A stretch of DNA of 64,000 bases. Source: Ignavibacteriota bacterium (GTDB lineage Bacteria; Bacteroidota; Ignavibacteria; UBA10030). Position numbers and translations under genes: made by a program. This document shows positions 29,001 through 38,739 of the stretch, in pieces. How positions within the stretch are numbered: position 1 is the stretch's first letter; each line of letters opens with the position of its first letter. Where the stretch lies: the NCBI GenBank assembly GCA_963727825.1, contig CAVSHO010000001.1, positions 224,001 through 288,000 of the forward strand. Direction: 5' to 3'. Under the pieces are notes generated by a model. It made no database searches. It was not told where the DNA came from and was given only the letters and a program-made list of their open reading frames with translations.

Positions 29001-32000
29001 CAGTTACTGGTAATGCCGAGACCATCACAGGTGGTGTTGGAACCAGCAATACTTCTTCTATTGCTATTTTAACTGTGACAAACGCTTCAGGTACCTTTAC
29101 ATCAACAGGAATGAAAGTTCTTGGTACTGTTACTATTAATGGCACGGCGTTGGTTTCAAATATTACTATGAATACAACTACGGCAACGCTTACAACGTTT
29201 ACTAACACCGCTGGAACAACAACATTGAACTTGGCTTCGTCAGCAGTGTCTGCCGCTGGTAACTATGTTGTTACAGCCGGCTCTGTTGCGTTAACGATGG
29301 GTTCTGCTGCAGCTACAGCTACAATAGGCGGAACACTTGCTGTAGATGGTGGTACTCTTACGCTGGGTTCCAATGTATGGGTAACAGGAGCTGTTACGCA
29401 TGACGGATCAGGTGTGATTGCCTTAGGTAATTACAATTTGACCTTAGCTAATAACTATAATCATAATAACACAGCAACATTTTCAGCTGGAACCGGTGCA
29501 GTCGTAGCTGGTGGTGCAGGGACTCAAAATTACGTGCTGACTACAACGGCTACAACAGCGGTTACAATTCCTAACTTTACAGTTAATACAGCTGTTGGTA
29601 TTCAGATTCAATCCGCAGGCTTAATAGTTAGTAATTCGTTTGTTCATACCGTTGGTGATGTTGACTTAAATTCACTTCCATTAACAATCAGTGGAAATAC
29701 ATGGACATATACCGCGGGTACCTACTCTAATACAGGTGCTGCATCCACTGGTGTTGTTAATCTAACAGGCACAACGCTTGTGATAAATGGCAATGGTAGT
29801 CCGTCTCTCGCGTATGTAACAATAAATACAACAGGCAGCGTGACTATCAACCCAACCTCAGCGGCGGCGGCGAGAACACTGACAATCACCCAGTTACTGA
29901 CGCAGACCAAGGGTACACTTGCTCTGGGAATTAATAGCGTCGTGTTCACAGGTGGAACAGGATATACATTCACTGCGGGTTCGATCACGGCTTCAACTGG
30001 TGTGTTAAATTTCAATGGCGCTACGGGCTTTACACCCGGAGCTTCTAAATCATTGACAATTCCTAATTTAACGATCAGTGCTAATACATCGGTTGCCGGA
30101 ACAGATTCGTTCTATGTAGCGAATAATCTGACCTTTGGTACCGCTGCTACTACACTTACAGCAGCCGCAGGCCGTATGATATTGAATAATGGTGTGTTAA
30201 TAACTTGTGTAGGCACTGGTACATTATCAGCAGCCCCGGCATTTGCTGGTGTTGTAGATGTTACGTACAAGACGTTAGGCACTACAACAGGAAAAGAACT
30301 TCCAACTTCGGCGACTGCTCTTCGTAATCTAACGATCCAAGTTGCAACTTCATTAGGTGCACCCGCAACAGTTACCGGGACACTAACTTTAGGTAATAAT
30401 ACGGTTGTAGCCCTTACTACTACATCGACGAATTTTATTACCCTCGCAACTGGATCAACGGTTAATGTTTATGGCGGTTCAATTAGCGGTACTGCTGTTT
30501 CACCGGCAGGCCCTTATAACCTTACATATTCAGGTACCAATAATCCTTTATTGGTCACAAGTAAGGAGTGGCCCACAACTGCGAATATTACTACGTTGCT
30601 TATCGGTATGGGTTCTACGACTCCGACAGACGGTATTGTAAACTTGGATGCAAATAGAACGGTTGCTAATTTAACATTGAACTGTATTACAACAGGTTCA
30701 GGTCTTGACTTAACAAATACTGTTAGCACAGTACCATATAATCTAACCGTTACTCATCTGACAACCCTAACAAAGGGAACATTAACAACTACAACGTCAG
30801 GTGGTACAGTAATAGTACAAGGTGATGTTAATGCAGCAGGCGGTTCGTTTGGAGGTTCACTCCAAATGACATTCACTGGTTCTGTTGACCAAACTATAAC
30901 GACACCAAACGGTGGTGCCAGTGTTGGCAATATCACGATCAGTAAACCAAGAAATAGTAATGTTATAATTTCTGGCGGCGATCTTACATGTTCAGGTATC
31001 GTAACATTTAATTATGGATTGGTTAAAACAGGCGCAACAAACGCTCTTGTTCTTACAAGAGTCAGTGGCAGTGCTGCTCAGGGCTTTACTCACAATACAA
31101 CAGGAACCAGCCATGTTGTTGGTAATGTTAGACAAAATCTTATTATGAGTAATATAGTTGCGTTTGCAGCACATGACTTCCCGGTTGGCGATTCGGTTAA
31201 CTATCGTCCAGCAACTTTAACTTTCTATAATCCAAATGTTACTACTAGCACTGCACTTGGTGTTACGGCAACAGTATCTCACCAAAGTGTACGTCCGACA
31301 GGGACAACTGGTTTGCCAATTACAGATGGTATTAATGCTACAACAGATTTGTCGAGATATCCAAGCTTCTATTGGGCAATTTCTACATCTACAAGTTTGG
31401 GTGCAACAACCTTTAACTTGGGATTAACTGCTGCTGGATATGACACAACTCAAATAAATATCAATGATGTAGCATTGAATCAAGTTAAGATGATACGCAG
31501 AAGCGGTGGTCCAACACGATGAAAATAACTCTTGGAATCTGCAGGGTAATAGATTACGACAACTATGTTATTAATGGTGTCCCAACAGTTGTCAATGTTG
31601 GATCAACTAGTGGATTAATACCCGGAGGAGCAATCTACACATATGGCTTAAAGTCAACTCTAGTTGTATTGAATCCGATTGCTGACCAAACCTTAACGGC
31701 TACTAATAAAGTCTTCAAGGTAAAGTTAGGCAGTACCTCAGCGCCAGTCTTTGGCGGAAATACGGGTACACTGGTATTTGGTGCAAGCAGTTCTAATACC
31801 GATTATTGCATCGGTAAATCTGTTTTCCGATACACTAGTAGTTACGAACTTACGTGCAGGCACAGCCACTATCACTGTGACAGCTACAGATGTTGATAAC
31901 AGCCGTATTACAACGAGCTTTAATGTAACAACTAGCGGTGTTGGTGTTGAAGTTGCACAGACCGCTATACCGACAGTGTACTCATTGTCGCAGAATTATC

Positions 32001-32236
32001 CGAATCCGTTTAATCCATCAACAACGATAGAATTCGGGTTACCAACTGCAAGCAATGTAACTTTGAAGGTATACAATATGCTCGGTGAAGAGGTTGCTAG
32101 CATTGTGAACCAAGCAATGAATGCTGGATATCATACTGTTACTTTTGATGGTTCAAAATTCACAAGTGGTATGTATATCTATAGAATCACAGCTGGTAAC
32201 TTCGTTCAAGTTAAGAAGATGATGATGTTGAAGTAA
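26054..32236 (+). CDS. ~2050-aa Thr/Gly/Ala/Asn-rich beta-helical surface (S-layer/adhesin-like) protein with T9SS type A CTD; three frameshifts at 31510-31810
   Basis: GGAGG RBS, signal peptide, IYVSATNGDD..GT..NPY (DUF1565-like), long beta-repeat body, LSQNYPNPFNPST...KKMMMLK CTD; frames join at ~31517, ~31550, ~31803. Confidence 0.85.
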
Positions 32237-32267
32237 TATCTTCTAGCTTAGATGTAGTTGTAAAATT

Positions 32268-32301
32268 GGCGATCCCGACGAAAGTTGGGATCGCCTTTTT
32301 T
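32268..32301 (+). terminator. Rho-independent terminator
   Basis: GGCGATCCCGAC-GAAA-GTTGGGATCGCC-TTTTTT. Confidence 0.9.
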
Positions 32302-32430
32302 ATGTACAAAAAATGTCTGGTGAGTATACAAGTGATCAGGAAGAGAACGTCCCCGCGCTTGCTGTCTGCCTGGAAAAGAAGACTAATTCCGTCTAATCGC
32401 ATTGATATTATCCCAAATTATTTATTAGCT

Positions 32431-32520
32431 TGTAGAGTCCCCGCCTGCGTCGGGCAGGCGATCACCAGATCGGACAATGATGTTAACATTGTTTCATCCA
32501 GTCGGTGACTGGATTCTACA
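32431..32520. repeat. Inverted pair of GTAG-type REPs, first copy interrupted by a 19-nt palindrome
   Basis: TGTAGAGTCC[CCGCCTGCGTCGGGCAGGC]GATCACCAGATCGGAC and reverse complement TGTAGAATCCAGTCACCGACTGGAT. Confidence 0.8.
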
Positions 32521-32662
32521 CCAATTCGGTTATCGTTCACTATTCCCATATTTCTAATGAATGGTTTGGGATTACTGGTGAGGGAGATGAGATTAAGAAG
32601 ATTATTGAACGACTAATTGTTTAAGACGAGGCGGTACTAAAATTCCTGAAAAAAAATATTTA

Positions 32663-32788
32663 GTCATAGTTCCGATGCTTTTGGTTACAGATGAACTTCC
32701 TGAGCTTGTCGAAAGCAAGTCGGGAGAAGTATCTGATTTATAAATCGCAAGAGAGATTCTTCAATCGTTGCACTCTTTCAGAATGACA
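32663..32788. repeat. GTCAT...GAATGACA-type palindromic repeat with nested inserts
   Basis: GTCAT..GAAGTATCT..AGATTCTTC..CAGAATGACA frame enclosing TCCGA..TCGGGA, which encloses CCTGAGCTTGTCGAA. Confidence 0.6.
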
Positions 32789-32817
32789 AACCACATATTG
32801 CGAGTTTTAAATTATTA

Positions 32818-34821
32818 CTACTCCGATTCTTTCCCTCTCATCGAATCCCACAGTGCATAAGAGAACAACAACACGAACATCACTAAACCAGCTATCTCAC
32901 CGTTTGTTGATCCTGCCCAGAGCTCGTTATTCCAACTTGCATATCCAAACGACCATTGTTGGTCAATGAATTTTAAAAACGCGTTGAAGACACCAAACAG
33001 CGCGCCACCAGCAATGAAACCAGAAGCTATCAGTGTGCCGCGTTGTAATCGGGCGTTGTTCAATTTTTCATTCTTTGTTCTTGTCGAAACGAACCATGCA
33101 ATGAATCCTCCAAATAGCAGCGGCGTGTTTAATTCCTGCGGAATGTACATTCCAAGCGCAAATGCCAGCGGTGGGACTTTCAAAATCACAAGCAGCAAAG
33201 CAATAACCGCACCGACAATATAAAGCATCCAAGGTGTCGGAGCGTTTGACATCAACGGTTTGATGACTGCTGCCATTGCGTTTGCTTGAGGAGCAACCAT
33301 TGCTTTGTCACCTGTAAAGCCATAAGCTTGATTAAGCACAAGAATAACGCCGCCTACCGTTGCCGCAGAGACAAGAACTCCAAGAAATTTCCATGTTTCT
33401 TGCTTTTTTGGTGTAGAACCAATCCAGTAACCAATTTTTAGATCGGTAATGAATCCTCCGGCAACCGATAACGCCGTGCACACAACTCCACCAATGATGA
33501 GCGCGCTCACCATACCGGATGTTCCGCTCAAACCAATTTGTGTCAACACGAGAGAAGAAAGGATCAAAGTCATCAAAGTCATGCCGGAGACCGGATTTGT
33601 TCCGACGATAGCAGTAGCATTTGCTGCAACAGTCGTGAAAAGGAAAGAGATAATTGTTACTAATAATAATGCTGCAATTGCCTGTCCGACAGTAGGAAGA
33701 ACTCCAAGCACAAAAAATGCGAAGAGTGCAATTGCCGTCAGAAGAATCAATAGGACGACCCAAAGCATGCGAATATCGGTCTGTGTACGGATAGTTTTTT
33801 CTTCATTCTCAGAAGTGTGATGTGCGATTTCTTTGTAGGCAAGTGAGAATGCGCCGGCAATAATTTTTGAGGAACGAATAATGCCGATTATACCTGCCAT
33901 CGCGATGCCGCCGATGCCAATTTGCCGAACGTAGGTACGGAAAATTTCTTCCGGGCTCATTTGCGCGATAAGTTTTGTAGTTGCTGCGCCAAGTGGAACA
34001 GTGAGATACTGACCGACTTCATATACCAACGGTATCATCACAAACCATGAAAGAAACGAACCCGCTGCAATAATTGCCGCATACTTTAGTCCGACAATGT
34101 AGCCTAGTCCGAATACCATCGCGGAAATGTCTACTTTGAGCACCATCTTAAATTTGTTAGAGATCATGTCGCCCCAGCTGAACATACGAGAAGTTATAAC
34201 TTCCGACCATGCTCCGAAAGCACTGAAGACGAAATCAAATATTCCGCCGATAAGACCGCTGACAACAAGCACCATTGCTTGTTTGCCTCCTTGTTCGCCG
34301 GCAACTAGAATTTCTGTTGTCGCTGTTGCCTCAGGAAAAGGAAGCGTGCCGTGCATATCTTTTACAAAATATTTTCGGAACGGAATGAGAAAGAGAATAC
34401 CAAGAAATCCACCAAGAGCTGATGCCATAAACATCTGAAAATAGCTTGCCGGAAGAGCAAGAATATAAAGTGCAGGAATCGTAAAGATAGCCCCAGCCAC
34501 AATAACACCGGACGCAGCCCCAATGGATTGGATAATTACATTCTGACCGAGGCCATTATTTTTTTTAGCAACACCCGTTATACCGACGGCAAGAATTGCA
34601 ATTGGGATTGCCGCTTCAAACACTTGTCCGATTTTCAATCCGGAATAAGCTGCCGCAGCGGAAAAGAGAACAGCCATTACCAATCCCCACGTTACCGACC
34701 ACAATGTAACTTCGGGGTATGATCGTTCGGGTGCCATAATCGGTCGGTATTCTTCACCTGGCTTCAATTCTTTGTATGCATTTTCAGGAATGCTATTTTT
34801 TGTGGATGCCTGTTGATCCAT
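32818..34821 (-). CDS. OPT family oligopeptide transporter
   Basis: GLKIGQVFEAAIPIA, LPFPEATA, TNPVSGMT, DLKIGYWIG, APQANAM. Confidence 0.95.
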   Translation of the reverse strand: MDQQASTKNSIPENAYKELKPGEEYRPIMAPERSYPEVTLWSVTWGLVMAVLFSAAAAYSGLKIGQVFEAAIPIAILAVGITGVAKKNNGLGQNVIIQSIGAASGVIVAGAIFTIPALYILALPASYFQMFMASALGGFLGILFLIPFRKYFVKDMHGTLPFPEATATTEILVAGEQGGKQAMVLVVSGLIGGIFDFVFSAFGAWSEVITSRMFSWGDMISNKFKMVLKVDISAMVFGLGYIVGLKYAAIIAAGSFLSWFVMIPLVYEVGQYLTVPLGAATTKLIAQMSPEEIFRTYVRQIGIGGIAMAGIIGIIRSSKIIAGAFSLAYKEIAHHTSENEEKTIRTQTDIRMLWVVLLILLTAIALFAFFVLGVLPTVGQAIAALLLVTIISFLFTTVAANATAIVGTNPVSGMTLMTLILSSLVLTQIGLSGTSGMVSALIIGGVVCTALSVAGGFITDLKIGYWIGSTPKKQETWKFLGVLVSAATVGGVILVLNQAYGFTGDKAMVAPQANAMAAVIKPLMSNAPTPWMLYIVGAVIALLLVILKVPPLAFALGMYIPQELNTPLLFGGFIAWFVSTRTKNEKLNNARLQRGTLIASGFIAGGALFGVFNAFLKFIDQQWSFGYASWNNELWAGSTNGEIAGLVMFVLLFSYALWDSMRGKESE

Positions 34822-34865
34822 AGTGACTCCTTTTATTAGCCCTTAGCTCTTGCTCTTTATACTTT

Positions 34866-36101
34866 TTACTTGGAATGCTCTGCCCAAATCTGCACTAAAT
34901 TCAATACGGTTTCCACGGATTTTTCCATGCCCCATACATTTACCCATTCTGTGCGGCTATGGTAGTTTGCTCCGCCGGTGAATATATTTGGCGTTGGCAA
35001 GCCATTCTCCGTCAGGCGCGATCCATCTGTGCCGCCGCGGATTGGCGTCCACTCTGGTTGCAAACCGGATCGTTTCGTCGCTTCGAATAAATAATCGATT
35101 ACGCGGGTATCTTTTTCTAATCCTTCGCGCATATTACGGTACTGTTCTGTAATCTGTACTTCGATTTTTGCTTTCGGATACATTGACTGAACTTCTGTAA
35201 CGATTTTTTCCACAATCTTTTTTAGAGCATTCAATCCATCCGTTTTGAAATCACGAAAAAGAATTTTTACTGTTGATTTGCCAACGCCGCCTTCGAGCAC
35301 ATACGGATGAATATACGGTTCGTATCCGTCCGTCGTTTCCGGTGCCATATTCTTTGGCAGCCGTGCAATAATATCGGAGATGACACGGACAGAATTAATC
35401 ATAATATCTTTCGCACTGCCGGGATGAATATCTCGGCCATGCACAGTGATGAGACAGGAATTTGCGCTAAAAGTTTCCTTGTTCAACTCACCAGGTGTGT
35501 CTCCGTCTATTGTATAGGCAAATTGAGCGCCGAACTTCTTAATGTCGAAGAATTTTGTACCTTCACCGACTTCTTCATCCGGAGTAAAACCAATTTTAAT
35601 TTCACCATGACTAAATTTTGGATTATTGATCAACGATTGAATAGCGGTCATAATAATAGCAAGACCGGCTTTGTCGTCAGCACCGAGGAGTGTAGAACCG
35701 TCGCTAGTGACAATCATTTTACCGAGTGCGGTTTTAAGCGCAGGATTTTCTGATTCGCGTATGATGGCAGTTGGATCGCCGGATAAAATTATATCACCGC
35801 CTTTATAATTTGTGATGATTTGCGGTTTTACGTTTGCCCCGCTAACTTCCGGCGATGTATCCACGTGCGCTATAAATCCGATAGCGGGTACATTCCATTG
35901 AACATTTGCCGGAATTGTAGCCATCACGTATCCATACTCGTCTATATTGACTTTCTGAACACCAAGCTCTTTTAGTTCTTTCACTAGCAGGTTTAGCAGA
36001 TCGAGTTGCTTTGCGGTGCTGGGATAGGACTCAGAATCTTCTTTTGATTGCGTGTCAATTACAACATAGCGGAGAAATTTGTCGAGAACAGTTTCAGCCA
36101 T
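34866..36101 (-). CDS. pepT: Peptidase T (tripeptide aminopeptidase)
   Basis: AHVDTSP, LGADDKAG, FTPDEEVG, PIRGGTDG. Confidence 0.97.
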   Translation of the reverse strand: MAETVLDKFLRYVVIDTQSKEDSESYPSTAKQLDLLNLLVKELKELGVQKVNIDEYGYVMATIPANVQWNVPAIGFIAHVDTSPEVSGANVKPQIITNYKGGDIILSGDPTAIIRESENPALKTALGKMIVTSDGSTLLGADDKAGLAIIMTAIQSLINNPKFSHGEIKIGFTPDEEVGEGTKFFDIKKFGAQFAYTIDGDTPGELNKETFSANSCLITVHGRDIHPGSAKDIMINSVRVISDIIARLPKNMAPETTDGYEPYIHPYVLEGGVGKSTVKILFRDFKTDGLNALKKIVEKIVTEVQSMYPKAKIEVQITEQYRNMREGLEKDTRVIDYLFEATKRSGLQPEWTPIRGGTDGSRLTENGLPTPNIFTGGANYHSRTEWVNVWGMEKSVETVLNLVQIWAEHSK

Positions 36102-36131
36102 AACGTACTCCTCTCATAATAGGAAAGTAAA

Positions 36132-36156
36132 TTGGGCAGAATAGGATTCTGTCCAA
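36132..36156. repeat. REP-like hairpin upstream of pepT
   Basis: TTGGGCAGAAT-AGG-ATTCTGTCCAA. Confidence 0.5.
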
Positions 36157-36321
36157 CAAGGAAACTTATTTGATAAGATAGAAATAAGGCATCATAAAAG
36201 CAGTAGTAAAAATTGAAATCTCAAAAATACTCTTGCACTGAAATGGAAATGTTCTTATTGTACAAGAGCAATTTCTTGAGACAATACCGAGTTTTTCATT
36301 ACCAAGGGGAGGGGATTTTCC

Positions 36322-38541
36322 ATGCAATTGCGAACACTTTTATTTCTGATATTAATTCAGACAACATCCATCTTTGCACAAATCACTACGTTCCCATATT
36401 CAGAAAATTTCGACAGCATTATGGCTCCGAGTTTTCCAGCAGGATGGAGCGCTACCGGTTTTTCTGTTAGTGCATCCACGGCGCAATCTTCTCCTAACTG
36501 TGTCTCCGCAACCGGCAATACTGCAATTAAGCAACTCACTTCACAAGTAATCAATTTCACAAATAAAATTCCAGACAAGTTGCAATATTATGAACGCCGC
36601 TCAAATTCAGCTGTCGATTATAGATTAGAACTCCGGGCGTCAATAGATGGGTCAAACTTCAATATTTTGTTAGCTCGATTCGATACGATTTCCACGACAA
36701 CAAATTATGTCCAACGGATTGTATCTTTAGATGAAACCGGATTGCAGCAACAAACGAACGTCCGATTTCGCTGGCAGTTGCTTGGCGATAATACGAATAC
36801 GACTGGTGTTCTCCGGATCGATGGTGTGACGCTTACAGTTTCGACTGGGTTTGATGTCGGAAATGCGAAAGGCGATATGCTGATAAATGAAATTATGTAT
36901 TATCCGATTGGCGACGAACCGGAATGGGTGGAATTATATAACGCTTCATCGGATACGATCAATTTAAAAAATTGGAAAATATCCGACAGCAACATTTCTA
37001 CGAAATCAATCATTACACAAACAGATGTACTGGTTCCGCCTAGTTCATTTTTAGTAATTGCAAAGGATAATGTCTTCGCCTCATGCCATTCCGGGGTTCC
37101 ATTCGTCATAGCAAACTTTTCTGCGCTAAATAATTCTACGTCTGACGCTGTTGTTATTTATGACACGAGATTGAACTCAATTGATAGTGTAATGTATTCG
37201 CCATCTTGGGGCGGGCAGAATGGAAAATCATTGGAACGCATTGATATAGAAATGCCAAGCACTTCAATGAAAAACTGGGGAACATCGCAAGATTCTCTCG
37301 GCAGTACGCCGGGAAAGAAAAACAGTATTGCTCGGTTAGATTACGATTTGGCTATCAGCAATCTGATGGAAATCCAAACTATGGTCGGTGGAAAAGTTGT
37401 TCCATTGGTAAATGTCAGCGTTCAAAACATCGGCAGACGAACTGTGGATAGCGTTTCCGTCAGTTTTTATTCTGATGTAAATCGCAATGCAGTTCCAGAG
37501 ACATCGGAACTTGTGGGTACTGTTATATCTGCGCAGCCATTAGTTGCGAACGATTCAATTCTTCTTTCTGAATCATTTCCTCAGCTTGGTTCCGGTGTTG
37601 CCACTCTCATTGTTGTCGTCGATTGTTGGCGCGATGATAATTTGCGAAATAATAGTTCTTCGGTTTCTGTAAATATCAATTACGAACCACGCTCATTCGT
37701 AATTAATGAAATCATGTACGATCCATTATATGGTCAGAATGAATGGTTTGAACTCTACAACCGGAGTAGTGAACCTATCAATCTTGCGCACTGGAATTTC
37801 AATGATATGCCTACTTTAAGTAGTGTAAATTCATTTGAGATATCGAAAGAGCCGTTCGTAGTCGAATCCGGTGGATATGCGATTGTCGCAGCTGATTCTA
37901 CTATATTTCAATTATTCCCAAGTTTATCACAGTCAGATTCTACTATTCATATCCGTATTCTAAATCATTCAAGCGGATTTAGTTTCAATAACGATGGAGA
38001 TGCTGTGGTATTAAAAGATGTTACCGGCCTAACAATTGACAGTGTCGCATACTTACCAAGCTGGCATCATCCTGATATTGTTGACACTAAGGGACGTTCG
38101 CTAGAGCGTATCAATCCGAATATCGACTCGAACGATCCACGCAATTGGAGCACATGCACAAATATTCTTGGAGGCACGCCAGGGAAAGCGAACAGCATCG
38201 TTACGACAAGCACAAAAAGCAACTCGATGATTTCCATCTCACCCAATCCATTCTCGCCGGATGGTGATGGCTTCGAAGATTTCTGCATCATTCGATACAA
38301 TCTTCCCCTGATGACATCTACATTGAATATAAGAATTTACGATATCAAAGGAAGGCTTGTTCGGACATTGGCGAATGGTGAGCTTGCAGGCACACAAGGG
38401 GAAATTGTTTGGGATGGCATTGGCGACAACAAGCAGCGCGCGCGGATTGGTGTGTATGTCATATTTCTTGAGGCAACAGACCGATCAAGCGGTAAAGTTG
38501 TGACAGCGAAAGCAGTAGCAGTTGTGGCGGCGAAACTATAA
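36322..38541 (+). CDS. Secreted lamin-tail-domain protein with CARDB and FlgD-like/T9SS type B C-terminus
   Basis: Two INEIMY.P...EW.ELYN LTD repeats, SLERI..GTPG; SPNPFSPDGDG...WDG CTD. Confidence 0.85.
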   Translation: MQLRTLLFLILIQTTSIFAQITTFPYSENFDSIMAPSFPAGWSATGFSVSASTAQSSPNCVSATGNTAIKQLTSQVINFTNKIPDKLQYYERRSNSAVDYRLELRASIDGSNFNILLARFDTISTTTNYVQRIVSLDETGLQQQTNVRFRWQLLGDNTNTTGVLRIDGVTLTVSTGFDVGNAKGDMLINEIMYYPIGDEPEWVELYNASSDTINLKNWKISDSNISTKSIITQTDVLVPPSSFLVIAKDNVFASCHSGVPFVIANFSALNNSTSDAVVIYDTRLNSIDSVMYSPSWGGQNGKSLERIDIEMPSTSMKNWGTSQDSLGSTPGKKNSIARLDYDLAISNLMEIQTMVGGKVVPLVNVSVQNIGRRTVDSVSVSFYSDVNRNAVPETSELVGTVISAQPLVANDSILLSESFPQLGSGVATLIVVVDCWRDDNLRNNSSSVSVNINYEPRSFVINEIMYDPLYGQNEWFELYNRSSEPINLAHWNFNDMPTLSSVNSFEISKEPFVVESGGYAIVAADSTIFQLFPSLSQSDSTIHIRILNHSSGFSFNNDGDAVVLKDVTGLTIDSVAYLPSWHHPDIVDTKGRSLERINPNIDSNDPRNWSTCTNILGGTPGKANSIVTTSTKSNSMISISPNPFSPDGDGFEDFCIIRYNLPLMTSTLNIRIYDIKGRLVRTLANGELAGTQGEIVWDGIGDNKQRARIGVYVIFLEATDRSSGKVVTAKAVAVVAAKL

Positions 38542-38739
38542 CCGAAATAATAGTCTCTTTTATTTGTAAATTATTGACAGCATAAATGTTTTTAGCAATG
38601 ATGAAGTGTTATCTGTATAAATGGATTATTCATCAATAATTCTATAATATAAAGGCATATAATTTTAGAAATTGTATTGTGCTGCTGGAAGTATTATAAG
38701 AAGAAAAATTCATTCTATTAAATCTCTGAAGGTAATTAA

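Noticed and set aside
26518-31427. Antisense and alternate-frame ORFs within the giant protein, and similar ORFs over other genes (e.g. 6618-7247, 52818-53393)
   Set aside because: Shadow ORFs caused by codon bias; no RBS or recognisable domains.
32211-32640. Small ORFs or a RAYT remnant around the REP pair
   Set aside because: Translations show no HUH/Y1 motifs; the ORFs merely run through terminator and repeats.
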